64,000 nucleotides of DNA from Bugula neritina (Eukaryota; Animalia; Bryozoa): the NCBI GenBank assembly GCA_964035545.1, contig OZ037765.1:29821504-29885503 (forward strand), read 5' to 3'. Within the stretch, counting starts at the first letter, position 1, and every line of letters begins with the position of its first letter. The position numbers were made by a program, and so were the translations under genes. A model generated the notes under the pieces. That model worked only from the letters and a program-made list of their open reading frames with translations, was not told the DNA's origin and searched no databases. Of this stretch, positions 51,901-64,000 are shown one piece after another.

Positions 51901-54900
51901 CTCGTTCGAGCAGCACAGACTCACTTGATGTGCAGAGTGTGTCCGGGGGAGACCACATTACGTCTCATGCGTCACATGTCCCTCACCTTCCTCACACCGT
52001 CATTCATCTAGGAGATCACTTCTCTGTCGCAACTGATAATGTTGCAGGTATTGCATCTCTAGTTACTAATGCGCTGTATTACTTGTATTATATTCTGTGT
52101 GTTCTCAAATGTCATCTTAACAACTTCATGGTTGCTTTTAGTTATTTCACTGCATAATTTAGCTATATATCTTAATGCAAGTTGTGCGCTGTGCTTGGCT
52201 CATAGAATTTAGTTCACATGGTGTGACGGCGTTTAAGTTTCATAGTTTGTATTCCATTGATTTACGTGTTAACAGGTGAGAATGAATTCTCGCACCCTTT
52301 AAATGAAGTAAATGAAAATCTCCTTTTTGATGAAACAGTAACTGGCAACTCTCAAGAAGTTGCTGATGCATTTAACCAGCCAAATCTAGCAAATAATGGT
52401 GACTATACAGCTGTTATTTCATATTCTCAAAGTTCTGTAAAAGTGCCCAGAATTCATGTCTGAAGCAATGCGTTGCCTTAAAGTATTTGTTTTCACACTC
52501 TTTGTGATGAAATTATATTCTTCTTTATATGCCAAGCCTCTAGTCTTTAGCTAAGTATTTATTGCACTTTTCATCTTTACAGAATTTGCTAGCGGCTCAA
52601 CAATTAGTCACAATGTCCCACATTATGACTCCCTGCCTGAATATGAAGCCTTGCGGATTCAGGTACTACCTATCAGACCCAACAACCCGGGTAAGCAGGT
52701 TCAAAATTGTGTAAAATATACCAACCATCTATGATATTGTAATAAACTGAGTATTTATATCGTCTCTGAGATTTTCTGTTTGGTTTGTTAGCATCTAACA
52801 ATGTACTCGCCGAGGGGAATTATCTCACGGAGTCTGTGAACCAACCCGCTGCTCAATCTCCGACAGCCACAGATCACAGCAGTGATGAGGATGATGGGGG
52901 TGGCGGGATGTCCCACCTTCGAGTTGAGCAACTCGTAGCCTCAGGCACCGTCTACCAAGGTCATCCACTCTACGGTGAAAACGACCTGCTGCTCAACTAC
53001 ATTCACCCCAACCCTGATCTGCGGCCAGAGCATTTCCTCGCCAGCGCTCCTCATCACCGCCGAGTCCCTGAGGACCCGGATGAGTTGAACCACCTGATGA
53101 ACAGAGTGACTAACGGTATTCACAGAGACTTTCTCACTCTAAGAAGAGCAGGTGAGCATAACTTCTGATAGTTTTCTGCTAGCTATTTTAGTATTGTATA
53201 TTCTCTCATTGATAATTCTATTGAATACATTTGATAGGAATGTCATTGAATTTAAAATGTAGGCAGGTTGCGGTTTTTATTAAATTACTTTGTAGACAGG
53301 AAATTGAGCTTCCGTAACTTGCGCCAAAAATGCTTCATCCTCGAATCTAGATTTTTCTGCTTTATAATAATAATAGAGTTTTTTCAATTCCAACTTATTT
53401 AGATACTAATTAGTTTCCTGCTACTTTAGTGTAAAGAGATGGCAACGAGCATGCAGTCTGTTGCAGTAGCTATGCTAGTTACCATGCACCAATATATGTA
53501 TCACAGCATGTCGTATCTTACATGTATCATATTCTGCAGCTGTCGAGGCAGAGAGTCCTATCAGCTACTCGCCGCTGCCGGTGTCTCCTGCTCCCGAAGC
53601 CTCACCTCAGCACACTGCAGGTAGGCAGCACCTTTCAGGGACTCAGCTGACAGTCTGGGCAGCTTGAACCAAATGACTCAGTGTTGGTATAGAATTACAG
53701 ATTTACTGTAACTTATTTTCATTTGCTAAAACAGTTCTGCCGTACCATTTAGATACAGATATGGATTCTGATGACTCGGATGTAGTGTTTGTCTCCTACA
53801 ATCCACCACCTACAGAGCCACCGCCTACAGAGCCACCACCTACAGAGCCACCACCTACAGAGCCACCACCTACAGAGCCACCACCTACAGAACCACCACC
53901 TACAGAGTCCCCATTCCCTTCTCTATCAGAGCTCTTTCCTCTTATTTCTCGTTCTTATTTAACATCTCCTACATTTACCCGTATGTTGATTTTATGTTCA
54001 TTACTATTCAATCGTTAGTTGCACAGTTTTAGAATAATTTAATAAGGCGAATAGTTATTAATTTAAATACTTGTTTTGATAGCTAAACCTAAATAGAATA
54101 TATACTGTACTGTTATAATAACTTCTAGAATCTGGGACCACTGAAAGCAGCTCTGATATCGTAACTCCAAGTCCCACTTCTGATCAGACCCAGCGAAGTC
54201 CCGGTTTGTAACAAATTTTCTGATATTTATGCTATCTTATAGGAGTTATACTATCTTACAGGAGTTATACTATCTTACAGGAGTTATACTATCTTACAGG
54301 AGTTATGCTATCTTATAAGAGTTATACTATCTTACAGGTATTGCCGGCCGCCTCAGGTCAACTACTCGTCGTCGTAGAGCTGCGATTATGGCAACACGTA
54401 GACTTCGAGCTCTTTACGAGTCTCAGTCTGACGATGAAACTTCTGACCCAATAACCGTGTCTTCATCGTCCTCCGATGTTGCTGTTGTGTCATCTTCTAC
54501 AACTGCTGACCCCTCTACATCAGACGCTGCCGACCCCTCCACATCATACGCTGCCGACCCTTCCATATCAGACGCTGCCGACCCTTCCACATCAGAAACT
54601 GCCGACACTACTGCTAGCTCCAGTTTGCAGACCAGCCGTCCAGTTACATTTGAAGCTACCACTGCTTCAGAAACTGTCAATTCTGCTACTTATGAAGTTA
54701 CACCCGACTCCGTTTCAGAACCTACCCAATCTGTTTCTGTGGAATTTACTGCGCCTTTGGTACTAGAAGCTGTTGATGCTTCCGCTTTTAGCGCAAGTGA
54801 TTTTCCAACAGCAGCTCTCTACATTCCAGGCGCCACTCTGGGCAACCAACTCATAGCAGTTGAGTTGTATGGTCCCGAGACCATCGTATGTCCGTATCAT

Positions 54901-55302
54901 GTTGCAGATACCGAGAGTTTAGCTTCTGAGAGCACATCAGCTGACGTAACATCTCCCTCTAACTTTCCAAACACCTCTTACTCCGATGGGCCTTCAACCT
55001 CAGATGGGCCCTCAACCTCAGATGGCCCCTCTACTTCCGATGGACCCTCTACCTCCGATGGGAGGAGAGCCACTGGGTTCGGCCGACCACCAGTGTTTGA
55101 TTATGATTCCGATTCCAGTATGGAAGTTGACGAGTTTCCTCCCAGACCTGTGGCTACGAGACGCAGACACTCTTCTAGCTCTGATGTAAATATCTCACGT
55201 CTTCTTGTTCAGCTAGGTGTGAAGTTTGGTTACCAGCGGTGTAGGCACCTCATGCTGGTTGGTGGCTACACTCTTGTAACTAAACTTCAGACTCTAAATT
55301 AG
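48944..55302 (+). CDS. Long intrinsically disordered S/P/T/D-rich coding block, 13 exons (separate gene ending 55302, or 5' part of the RNF38/44-like gene via donor at 55186)
   Basis: Exons 48944-49073, 49457-49507, 49915-50046, 50282-50404, 50723-51460, 51571-52047, 52276-52398, 52583-52690, 52792-53151, 53540-53620, 53735-53980, 54129-54203, 54338-55185 (or to stop at 55302); all introns GT-AG and phase 1; open throughout. Confidence 0.72.
50698..51769 (+). repeat. 224-bp near-identical direct duplication (50698-50921 and 51546-51769) including acceptor and exon start
   Basis: Both copies encode LLP[G/N]ARGSSPPHATGQIPSCPSYYSATNIFSE..PSPASSPAPSD; offset 848 bp. Confidence 0.95.
53803..53907 (+). 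repeat. 15-bp coding repeat x7 (PPPTE)
   Basis: CCACCACCTACAGAG units. Confidence 0.97.
54228..54337 (+). repeat. 19-bp tandem repeat forming most of a 134-nt intron and including its acceptor
   Basis: GAGTTATACTATCTTACAG about 6 times. Confidence 0.95.
54505..55062 (+). repeat. Coding repeats ADPSTSxx x4 (24 bp, 54505-54600) and DGPSTS x4 (18 bp, 54985-55056)
   Basis: Directly visible in ORF 54388-55302. Confidence 0.95.
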
Positions 55303-58300
55303 CTTGCAGTTGTTCTGTTTGTATGTTCTGTCTTGTTTGTTCAAAGTTCACATGGTTATTTATTTTTTAGTTATTTTTTATTTATTTTTTTAATTTTGCT
55401 ATAAACTAATGTTTTATGTACCAGACTAATTTCTCCATTTCCTCAAGTTATATCTCTATAAAATGCTTTTTGATGTGCATTTTGCAATCCTTATACTTCG
55501 GTGTCAAGAAGGCTTTGTTTTTTTAAATTTAGGAGTTGTTATACTTGTTTTATATGCCAGTTGATTTTATTATGGTAGTTGTCTACTCTCTGTTTGAGTA
55601 GTCTAGCATGAAATCACATACAGATATCGGTATGCCAATTATCATGTGGAACCGGCTGGGAACTAAAATATAATATGCTTAATTATGATAAGCCTATACC
55701 CTAACTACATGATTACTTATTATAAGTATTCAAAGTGGAAATGACTGCCATGTACCCAACTTAGTGGTTATTATTATAATTATCTTAGAGGCTTGCCTGA
55801 TAGTGTGGTGTCTAAACTGAATAGGTATATTAAAACATGACTTAAATGCATATGGAATTGAATACAACACTCCTCGTTCAAACCAACATCTACTTGTTGT
55901 AAAGCATGCTTTGTGAAAGATGACACTGGCCACGGTTGAATTTAGTTTTGTTAGTATGGCAAACACTACTCTTTCTGGGAAATCACTTTACATCAACTGT
56001 GCTGTTTATGCTTGAATAGAAATGCAAATACTGCTGTGAAATATCAATCTCCACTTAGTTCAACTTTTTTATAGTTATAATTGTACTCAATAAGACTATT
56101 GCTGCAACTGATTGTAATCAATCTTTCTTTGTTTGACATGCTCAGGCGCCTGCTAGTAATCTATGAATAAATATTTGGGGAGTTGTTGGTCCTACACTGA
56201 AGAAAGGCAAAAGATAGCCCTAGTTCTAATTAGAGTTTAGTTTAGTAAGTAGAGTAGGTATGTACAACTGAGTGGCAGTTTAATGCTTACAAGCTGTCAA
56301 CTGCTGAACAGTATTGATCACTGTAAGCTTCCAGAACTTTCCAACAGGAAACATTCTGCCTAAAAGTAGTTGCTAAATATTTTGGTCACATATTACAACA
56401 GTGGTTTCACCATCCTACATTTTTGTAGTTTCTGTGGCACAAAGTGTTAGTTGGGTGAGGAGTTAGCTACTATGGCGTTTTGAGTTAGTCCCTCTGAGTT
56501 TTATCTGTTCAGATGACATGCAGTCAGAATAGGGTTGAAACTTTGAAACTGCAGCTGTAATAAAATTTATCTGAAGAATTTGACTGCTGCCATAATTAAT
56601 GACTTGATGTAGTTTTACCAATTATCATAATTTCTTATAATTATTCTCTCAAGAATGATGAGATATTGTTGAATACGATTGACTAATGAAATAATGGCCT
56701 TATATTTTACTCATTGCACTAAGGATGTGAGCTAGCTTCCAGTGTAGCCTGATTTCTAATCAAGTTGTGGGTTGCTGTCTAGTAAGTTTCTCTTGCCCTT
56801 CAACTGTGGCATTTCATTTACATAAAGTTGCATATTCTATTATGTTGGTCTGCTCTCTCTGTATCCCATACTTAGTACGAAGTAGTACTTGGCGAGTGTC
56901 ACTACTGCTATGGTATAATATACCAGCATATGTAATAATATAAACATAATTCCCTCATAATCATTGCTTCTGGTGATAATTACAATCCTGATCAGCTAGA
57001 GGAGCTTTCAGCTGCTCTTTGACTATGCTTGAGCCGAGAATGCTGACAAGCGGTTCAATACCAGTTGTACCGAAATATGAGATTTCTGAGCTTGGTTTTA
57101 TGCAGTTTCAATATTTTAAGAAAAGCTTTAAAAGTTGCCCACCCTTGGAGTAAAACTGTATGAACCTTATTTACTGACACTGATCTATTATTGTCGCAGC
57201 ATTCTCTGCCTTCTGTGGGCTTGCCTAACATAGATTTTATAATAGAAATTGCCTGTCCTTGAAGCAGAGCTCTACACTTGAAAGGCAAAATTTAAAATCG
57301 TATTTTAAGCTGAAGGGTTGCATATTAATCATAGTATAGCGATGACTGTTTTTAAACTTGTTTTTCCAGTTGAATCAAGTTGCTGGGTGTTGCAATTCAC
57401 TGTAACTTTCATAGCTGTTACAGTATACCCAGTCTATAATTATTCCTCCTGTCACATTCAACTTCCTACAGGCTATGATTCTGGGCTCGTCATGGCAACT
57501 AGTGCTACCTACTCATACTACTCGGCTTGGTAGCTAATGGTTGGTTGGTAGACTCCCTGTAGTGCAGGTTTCTTGAACATTCATATTGCTAAGGAAATTA
57601 TCCTCCTTTTAACCAAAAAATATACATTAGTCTTGAGAATATTATTTATGTATGGCTATATGCATGGTAATGGAACTCTTCACTGGATTCTAGCAAATCA
57701 AAGGCTTCATTTATGAGAGATAACTTCTCTTTAATTTCATCTGCTTCAAATCTGTATCACATTGACCTAGTTGCCATGTTTGACAGCTGTTATATTATTA
57801 GGCTTGGATGGCAGAATGTGCTATGCTGGCGGATTGTGTATTCCAATAAATTAATATTACAACGTGCTGGTCCACAGAATCTTGCCCGTCCTGTGTTACT
57901 TAGAAGGTGTGATGCATTGCTCTCTAATCTAGGTACTTAGTTAGGAGTTTTACATCATTGCATGGCGTAGATCCTCCTTAAGCTTTAGCAGCTTTCCTCA
58001 ACAAACTTCTATTATCCGAACTCCCAGCAGGCGCAGATATTATGCTCTTGAGTTGTGGTTAATGAAGGCTTTTTATCAGCAGGGCTGACTACGCAGAATG
58101 TCTTTGTATTCTGCTAGTTTGCACTCACGCAGTAAATACTATCAGCTGCTTCTCCTAGTGGGCTAATATAATAGCTAGCTAGGCATTGTGGGATTGACCA
58201 AGCAAAACATTGAAGCGATATGAATCAATAAGCATTTGCATCTAATCTAGTTCAACTACATAGGCGCTGGCTGGCAAGTAGTACGGTAGTCAAGCGATAG

Positions 58301-58810
58301 TACGGTTAGTAGCTGGGAGTAAATCTAACTCTACTCGGATTTATTATAAGCCGTGGCAACTACTAGGAGAGTTTTTATTTATCTACAAACTGACGCACCT
58401 GGTTTTGTGGAATATCAGCTATAAGAAGAGTAACCGAGATAATATTCTTGTAGTCATTGAACAGTCAAAGCCAGCAAACTCTTAACTAACTCAATATCTG
58501 AGACTAAACAACTTGCCACTCGGAGTCGTACTGCAATAGTTGTAACCATTCGTAGTTGAAGTTCAACGGATAAATCGCAGTCAGTCATCGGATATATGGT
58601 CAAGTTGCTAGGTGAAGTTGCAGCGTTGAGTTTTAGTCTATAACTTGAACAATATTATTTCAGTTACATCGTCGTTTGCTCTACTGTGTTGGATACCTGG
58701 ATTTATCGAGTACCATATTAATTCCAATAATCAACGAGTACCAGAAACCTCTAGTGGATGGTGATTTGATTTCTACACCATCTTTATCTTGACTGAGATT
58801 TGGCCGATCC

Positions 58811-61800
58811 ATGGCATCAGCTGCTACTCTAGGATACCAGTCTGCCTTTACAGTGCCTGCTGTACACAGAGATAATAGTGACCCTAGTAATACCGGTACC
58901 TCGCAGTACTGGTCTACTAATAACACACACCAACCCGGTTCTAGTACTGGTAGTAGTGCTAGTTCCAGTAGCAATTTGAATGACTCTCATTTAGTAAGAC
59001 CTTCAGCTACGAATAGTAGTTACTTATCACAAGTAAGTGTAGCAGTAAACTAGAGTACTTAGACTTATACAAGTTTATAGTTACTAGTTGTTTGCAATAA
59101 CACTAATTCTTCTGCTACTAATACTAGTACTAGTAGTGCTGCCTGTTGTAATGTTTCTAGACGCAAAAACTGGCTCATCTTGTGCACTTCCAGTTACTTT
59201 TAGCAATTATTTTGGGATTAACTTGAAGCTGCAGGTTCAGTTTACTGTGTAGGTCTGTTTCTAACATCATTATACACTGACATCGTCTTAGTTATACTTA
59301 GTTATACAGGTTGAGGTTGATATTCGCAGCTGCTTTTAAGTTGATGCTTAAAGTTTATTATTTCTTAATGCCTAGAGTTTGTATATGGCCATGAGATATG
59401 ATGGCCAATATTTTGCCATCACAATTCACACACATAGCTTAACTACTTGTTTTACAGTTGTTTCAACACACTTGTTCTGGTTCATTCAGAAACTGATTGT
59501 AAGGTTGTGAAAGTCCCAAACTTATCAGTTTTAATAGATTGGTTTAGTAAGTTTGAAAATATTTAATGCCTTTTACTATGATGCTTACACTTGTTGGCTT
59601 CCTACTTTGTAAACACCTTTATTTTTCTTAGAGAAAAACCTTTTTGTTTTGTCAGGTTTTCTTGGTTTTGTCTCACGTAGGGGATCCTCTTTTCCAAAGT
59701 TAATTTCAGTGGCAAGTGCATAAACTAGCTGCAACTGAGTTATTATCATCCACTTCCGGTTTGCATGTAATAAAAGCAATTATTAGCAAACAGCAAGCTC
59801 ACTTGATAGCTGTAGTTAATATTTACTCGTGTGTCAACTTCAGCATCTATGTTTCATTGGCCAACACTTGAGTTACATTCTTTGAGGAATTTGATCTAAA
59901 TAACACTTTCTAATGTATAACATGTCATGTAGAAAATACTAGTCTCCAGTTACACCTATGATTATGTGTTTTGTTTACCCCTAATCAAGGTTATGGAAAA
60001 AATTGTTTCTAAAATGCAATACAACTGTTGGTCCTATACAGCTTTGAGTTTCATATATTTAGTCATCATCTAATTTATAAAGCTGCAGTAGGAATACAAT
60101 ATTCGCTTGGAATGTATGTATGTGGGAGTTATCCTTCCACAACTATATTGCTTTTATGAGATGATAGATTCATAGTTGGTGTGTAAAATATCACGTTATG
60201 TTGATCTCTTGCTCTTGAAATGCAATCACTTGTCAAATATAGGTTACCTGATTTCTAAATGTATATTCTTCCAAAATTGTTTGGAGTTTGCTCCAAGAAC
60301 CTCTGCTGCTATTACCTATTATTTACCAATTTCCTTTGGCCCTGATGATATTTAGTAATGAATCTACTGTGTTGATATAAAGTTACTGCCTAATCAACCT
60401 GCTTATTATTGTAACTTGTTATCAAACGGAACTGGATATAAACAGTTGGTTTATATTTTGACTATTCACTCTAATGGGTGATTCACCACTTGAATGGGCA
60501 GTTGTAAACCTCGAGCTGGCATTAAAACCCCTTTGATAACAAACTACTATGCATTTAGTAGGTGCAGCGTCTTGCCATCTCAGTGTTTCTGAGTGGTATG
60601 CATTCAGCAGTTGGGATATTGTTTGCAGTTCTAGTGTTGAAATGTGTTTTTTCAATTACTGTGGCTGAATCTATCAATACCATCACTTACAAAAATAGTA
60701 GCTTTTCTTTGTTCGTTTCATTGGCTTAGTAGTGATGACACTTGAGTAGTGATTCAGCATTAGATGTTGTGTTGAGCCCATGTTTAACTTATGATTACTA
60801 GCTAGTTGTGACAAGTGTATCACTGGGGCCTATGTTTCTATAGATTGGAATAGATAACCAAACGGTGACCCCCTCAAAACAATTTCACAATCTGTTGCTA
60901 GTTGCCTTTAAGTCTTGTAAACAAGACAGCCATCATTTCGTGTTCGACTGTGTCTTGGATAGCACACACTTTACTAGCTCTAGCTTTAGTTCAATAGCTA
61001 TATTTTATTGCTTTATTCGGCTTGCAGACAGAAAGTCCGAACAGAAAGCGTCGGAAAACCAACACTAACCAAGGTGCTAGCAGCTCAACAAGTTCCGAAC
61101 CCACTCGAGCTTCAAGGCCAAGGTCGTTGAGGCGAAGAAACACAGCAGCTGCCGCCGCTATGCTTCACCACCAGTACATTGCGTCACATAATCACTATGA
61201 GAGAGAGCAGCCTGGCTCTACCAGAGGAAGGAGAAGGTGAGTGTTGGTACTGAGGCTATAAGTGTATAAGTGCATTAAAATACTAACTAGCAGCAGCAGT
61301 AGTAGCAGTAGTATAGTAGTAACAGCAGTACTAGTAGTAGCAGCAGTAGTAATGGTAGTAGTAGTAGCTAGTACTTGCTAAGGCCTGTGTAGCATAACTT
61401 GTAACAGAGCAGTTGGGTTAGAATATACATATCACATACACTAGTGACTAGGCTTTAGAGTCTAGAGTGAAAGGATAGGGGGAGATAATTATAGACAGTG
61501 CCATATACGCCTAACGTCTACCAGCTATGAATAGTAATGAAGACCGTGGAACCGCATAACCATAGTAATAAATTGGAAATATGGATAATTAAATTGACAT
61601 TGGTGCTCAATTCTTTCTGAACATCTCTTGCACACCACACCCTGCCAGTTATATGCAAATCTAGATTCTTATTCCTTAGAATGTAGGGTAGAAATGATAT
61701 ATGGTGTCTCGTATTCATTTTAATAGAAATCTTACAGTTAGCTGGTTATTTATTACTTTATTGCTAATAATCATTCAATGTCTTTATTATCCCCATTTGG

Positions 61801-63684
61801 TGATGTTTTGTCTGGTTTTTGTATGTATGAAGTGATTAGAGTTATAATAATATAACTGGCTGGTTTCACCATTGATTTACATTCATCTATTTACTGGCAA
61901 AGAAATTTTTTGCACCAGACTCAACAATGTTGCCTGTGTTGACATTAGGCTAATCAATGAATGTTGGTCGATTACAAGTGTGCTGCTTAAAAATGTAGGG
62001 GAAGAATGAGTGCATTTATACCACATTCTAGAAAGTGCATTGGGTGGTGCCAGCGGTGCCCCTCTTACTGTTGGCCACTAGTAGGCTTTGTTAGTAGAAT
62101 TGGGTCCCATCTCCCTGCTCATTTTTCTCATTCCTTTGTTGCTCACTCGATCTGTTTTATTCTTGAGCTGTTTTATCTTTTTGAAGGTTAGTTATTCACT
62201 GTTTGCTCTCGCAATTGAAAGCAAACTTTGAATCAATTATGTTTAATGCCACATGAACAGCCTGCAGGCCACTAATAAAAACTTGTATGTGTTAACATTT
62301 TCCAGTAAATCTTATATCCTAATACAAACACTTGGCAAAGCCCTTCTATTCCCGCTGGACATGGTTTCTAGTCAAACGGTTTTTGATTACAAGCTGGTGT
62401 CGTTTGTCTAATCTGCAGGCAGTCGCACACAATTCCCGGCAGCTCTGTGTGAAATGCAGACTTATTCTGTTTTAGCCCGAGACAGCGGCGGAGTATGGCG
62501 CAGGGTGGTGCAGACAGTCAAGGTATGGCGTACAGTAACGCTGCCAGACACAACACAGCGTCAGCTCATCTCCCACCACACATGCTAGCTCACTCAGGTT
62601 TCCTGGCTAACAGTCAGATGCAGCAGGCAGCAGCCGCCGCACATGGGCTGCCTCAGAACACAATGTCCTCCCACAGCCGGCCTTACATGCTGGACAACTC
62701 ACAGCAGCACAGACAGGTGAGCTGGCAGCAAATTGGCAGCTATAATATACAGTGTTAGGTGCTGATTTCATTATATTATTTAAAGTCCATATTTGTAATT
62801 ATTTAGTACATTGAATGTTTCATGTCTGAGTATAGCTTATCTCCCACTGCTATATAAGAGATACAGTGTGCTTGGCTCTCTCCAGCTCTACATACTTGTA
62901 TGATTATAATTAGAGTGTATACTCCTCCAGCCCAGTGCATACACAACAGTGTATCCTGTAGTCTTCACTTCTACTAGTAGTTCTACTAACTCGTGTGTTT
63001 TCAGATGCCAGTGCCTGCCTGTACCAGAGTACCTGTATACATCAACAACCAGCCACAAGCCACAGTGTGTAACGGCTTCCCCATGCAGTGGCCTACTGCA
63101 GTGGCAGTTAGCAGAATACAGGGACAGCCCATGTCCGCCCCAACTAACCAGAATATTCAGACAGCCAGCCAAATGCCCTCACAGCCACAGATGAACCCTA
63201 TGCTGAACTTTGCTGCCAACGGCAGCCCGTCTGTCCACTCCAGACTCCACAGACCAACACCCCAGGAGTTGGAGCTGCAGCAGCAGTATTTACAAGCGAG
63301 GAACCAGGCAGCTATGGCTAGAGCTGCCGCTGTCATGCCACCTGCTATGCATGCCATGCCAGGAGTGGCACCTGCTCAGAATACAATGCAGAGCCAGTCA
63401 ACCACAGCCATGCCTCAACAGGTAGAATAATTACCTCTGTACTTTAGCTGGTGGTGTCTGACACTTCCCTTGTATTTCTGGTGACTGACAACCATTATCA
63501 CTGCAGACTGTACTATTGTCTCTTACTTCTTGTAGAGGAATGCTCTGGACCTGACCAACACAAGGCATGCGCCATTTGCACCAAATAGGCTGATAAACGT
63601 CAACAGACCTGTGAGGTTGAACCCAGCTCTGCAACCTCCAGTCACCAACATGCACCACCACCCAGCATTTCTATTCCATGTGTG
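58811..63684 (+). CDS. RNF38/RNF44-like RING E3 ligase, N-terminal and central exons (gene runs off the window; RING not seen)
   Basis: Exons 58811-59032, 61028-61236, 62476-62716, 63005-63421, 63536-63684, phase-consistent. TESPNRKRRK and RGRRSPRQRRS resemble the SPSPKRQR and RNRRSPPVRRQR segments I recall from RNF38; Q/P/A/H-rich middle; HPAFLFHV resembles the hydrophobic segment preceding the C-terminal region. Family call is tentative. Confidence 0.6.
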
Positions 63685-64000
63685 GTAAGTGAGCAGTCAG
63701 CATAGCCTGGGGACCAGTGTGTGTAGGTTGTAGCACCTAGCTCTGCTGGTGTAAACATCTTAGTTATGCAGTCAGCTTAGCTTAACCTACTTCCAGGATT
63801 TCTCTTCGGTATTTAATTTTTTTAGCTTGACTTAAGCTCATTGTACTCTGTAATATCTGCCATCATGCTACGTGGTCTAAACTCTTCAGCTTATGTGCTG
63901 CTACTACTGCAGTTGTAGTAGTAGTGTACAGTATTTAGTTATTTAGTGTGACTAGCTATGTGACACATTTTGGGTGACTAGCTGTGTGACACATGATGTA

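Noticed and set aside
50735-52011. Long overlapping alternative-frame ORFs (282 aa and 142 aa)
   Set aside because: Expected shadow frames of S/P/A-rich codons; non-ATG starts and incompatible with the splice phases.

Overview
AT-rich, intron-dense eukaryotic DNA from an invertebrate animal (a lophotrochozoan is plausible from gene content but cannot be proven from this window). I hand-spliced the genes using GT-AG sites and phase continuity. In order: ABCG2-type half transporter (+, 16 exons); PLEKHA8/FAPP2 (-, PH+GLTP); SNRPA1/U2A' (+, head-to-head with PLEKHA8); an orphan 253-aa protein (-); a secreted PAN + F-type-lectin protein (-); a BTB-NPH3-coiled-coil protein (-); a 1349-aa SMB/Cys-repeat Methuselah/adhesion-like GPCR (+); and a complex + strand locus (about 44.3 kb to the window end) with a long disordered S/P/T-rich coding block followed by RNF38/RNF44-like exons. 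Top finding: a complete, intron-containing NPH3/RPT2-like (NRL) gene, a family normally regarded as plant-specific, sitting among animal genes (27265-32486). Second: the disordered block can splice in frame onto the RNF38/44-like exons, giving a candidate long isoform with SUMO-interacting motifs and PSTS arrays. Recurrent themes are tandem duplications that copy splice sites and degenerate 6-bp-periodic repeat fields in promoter-proximal introns. No database searches were run; family calls rest on recognised motifs.
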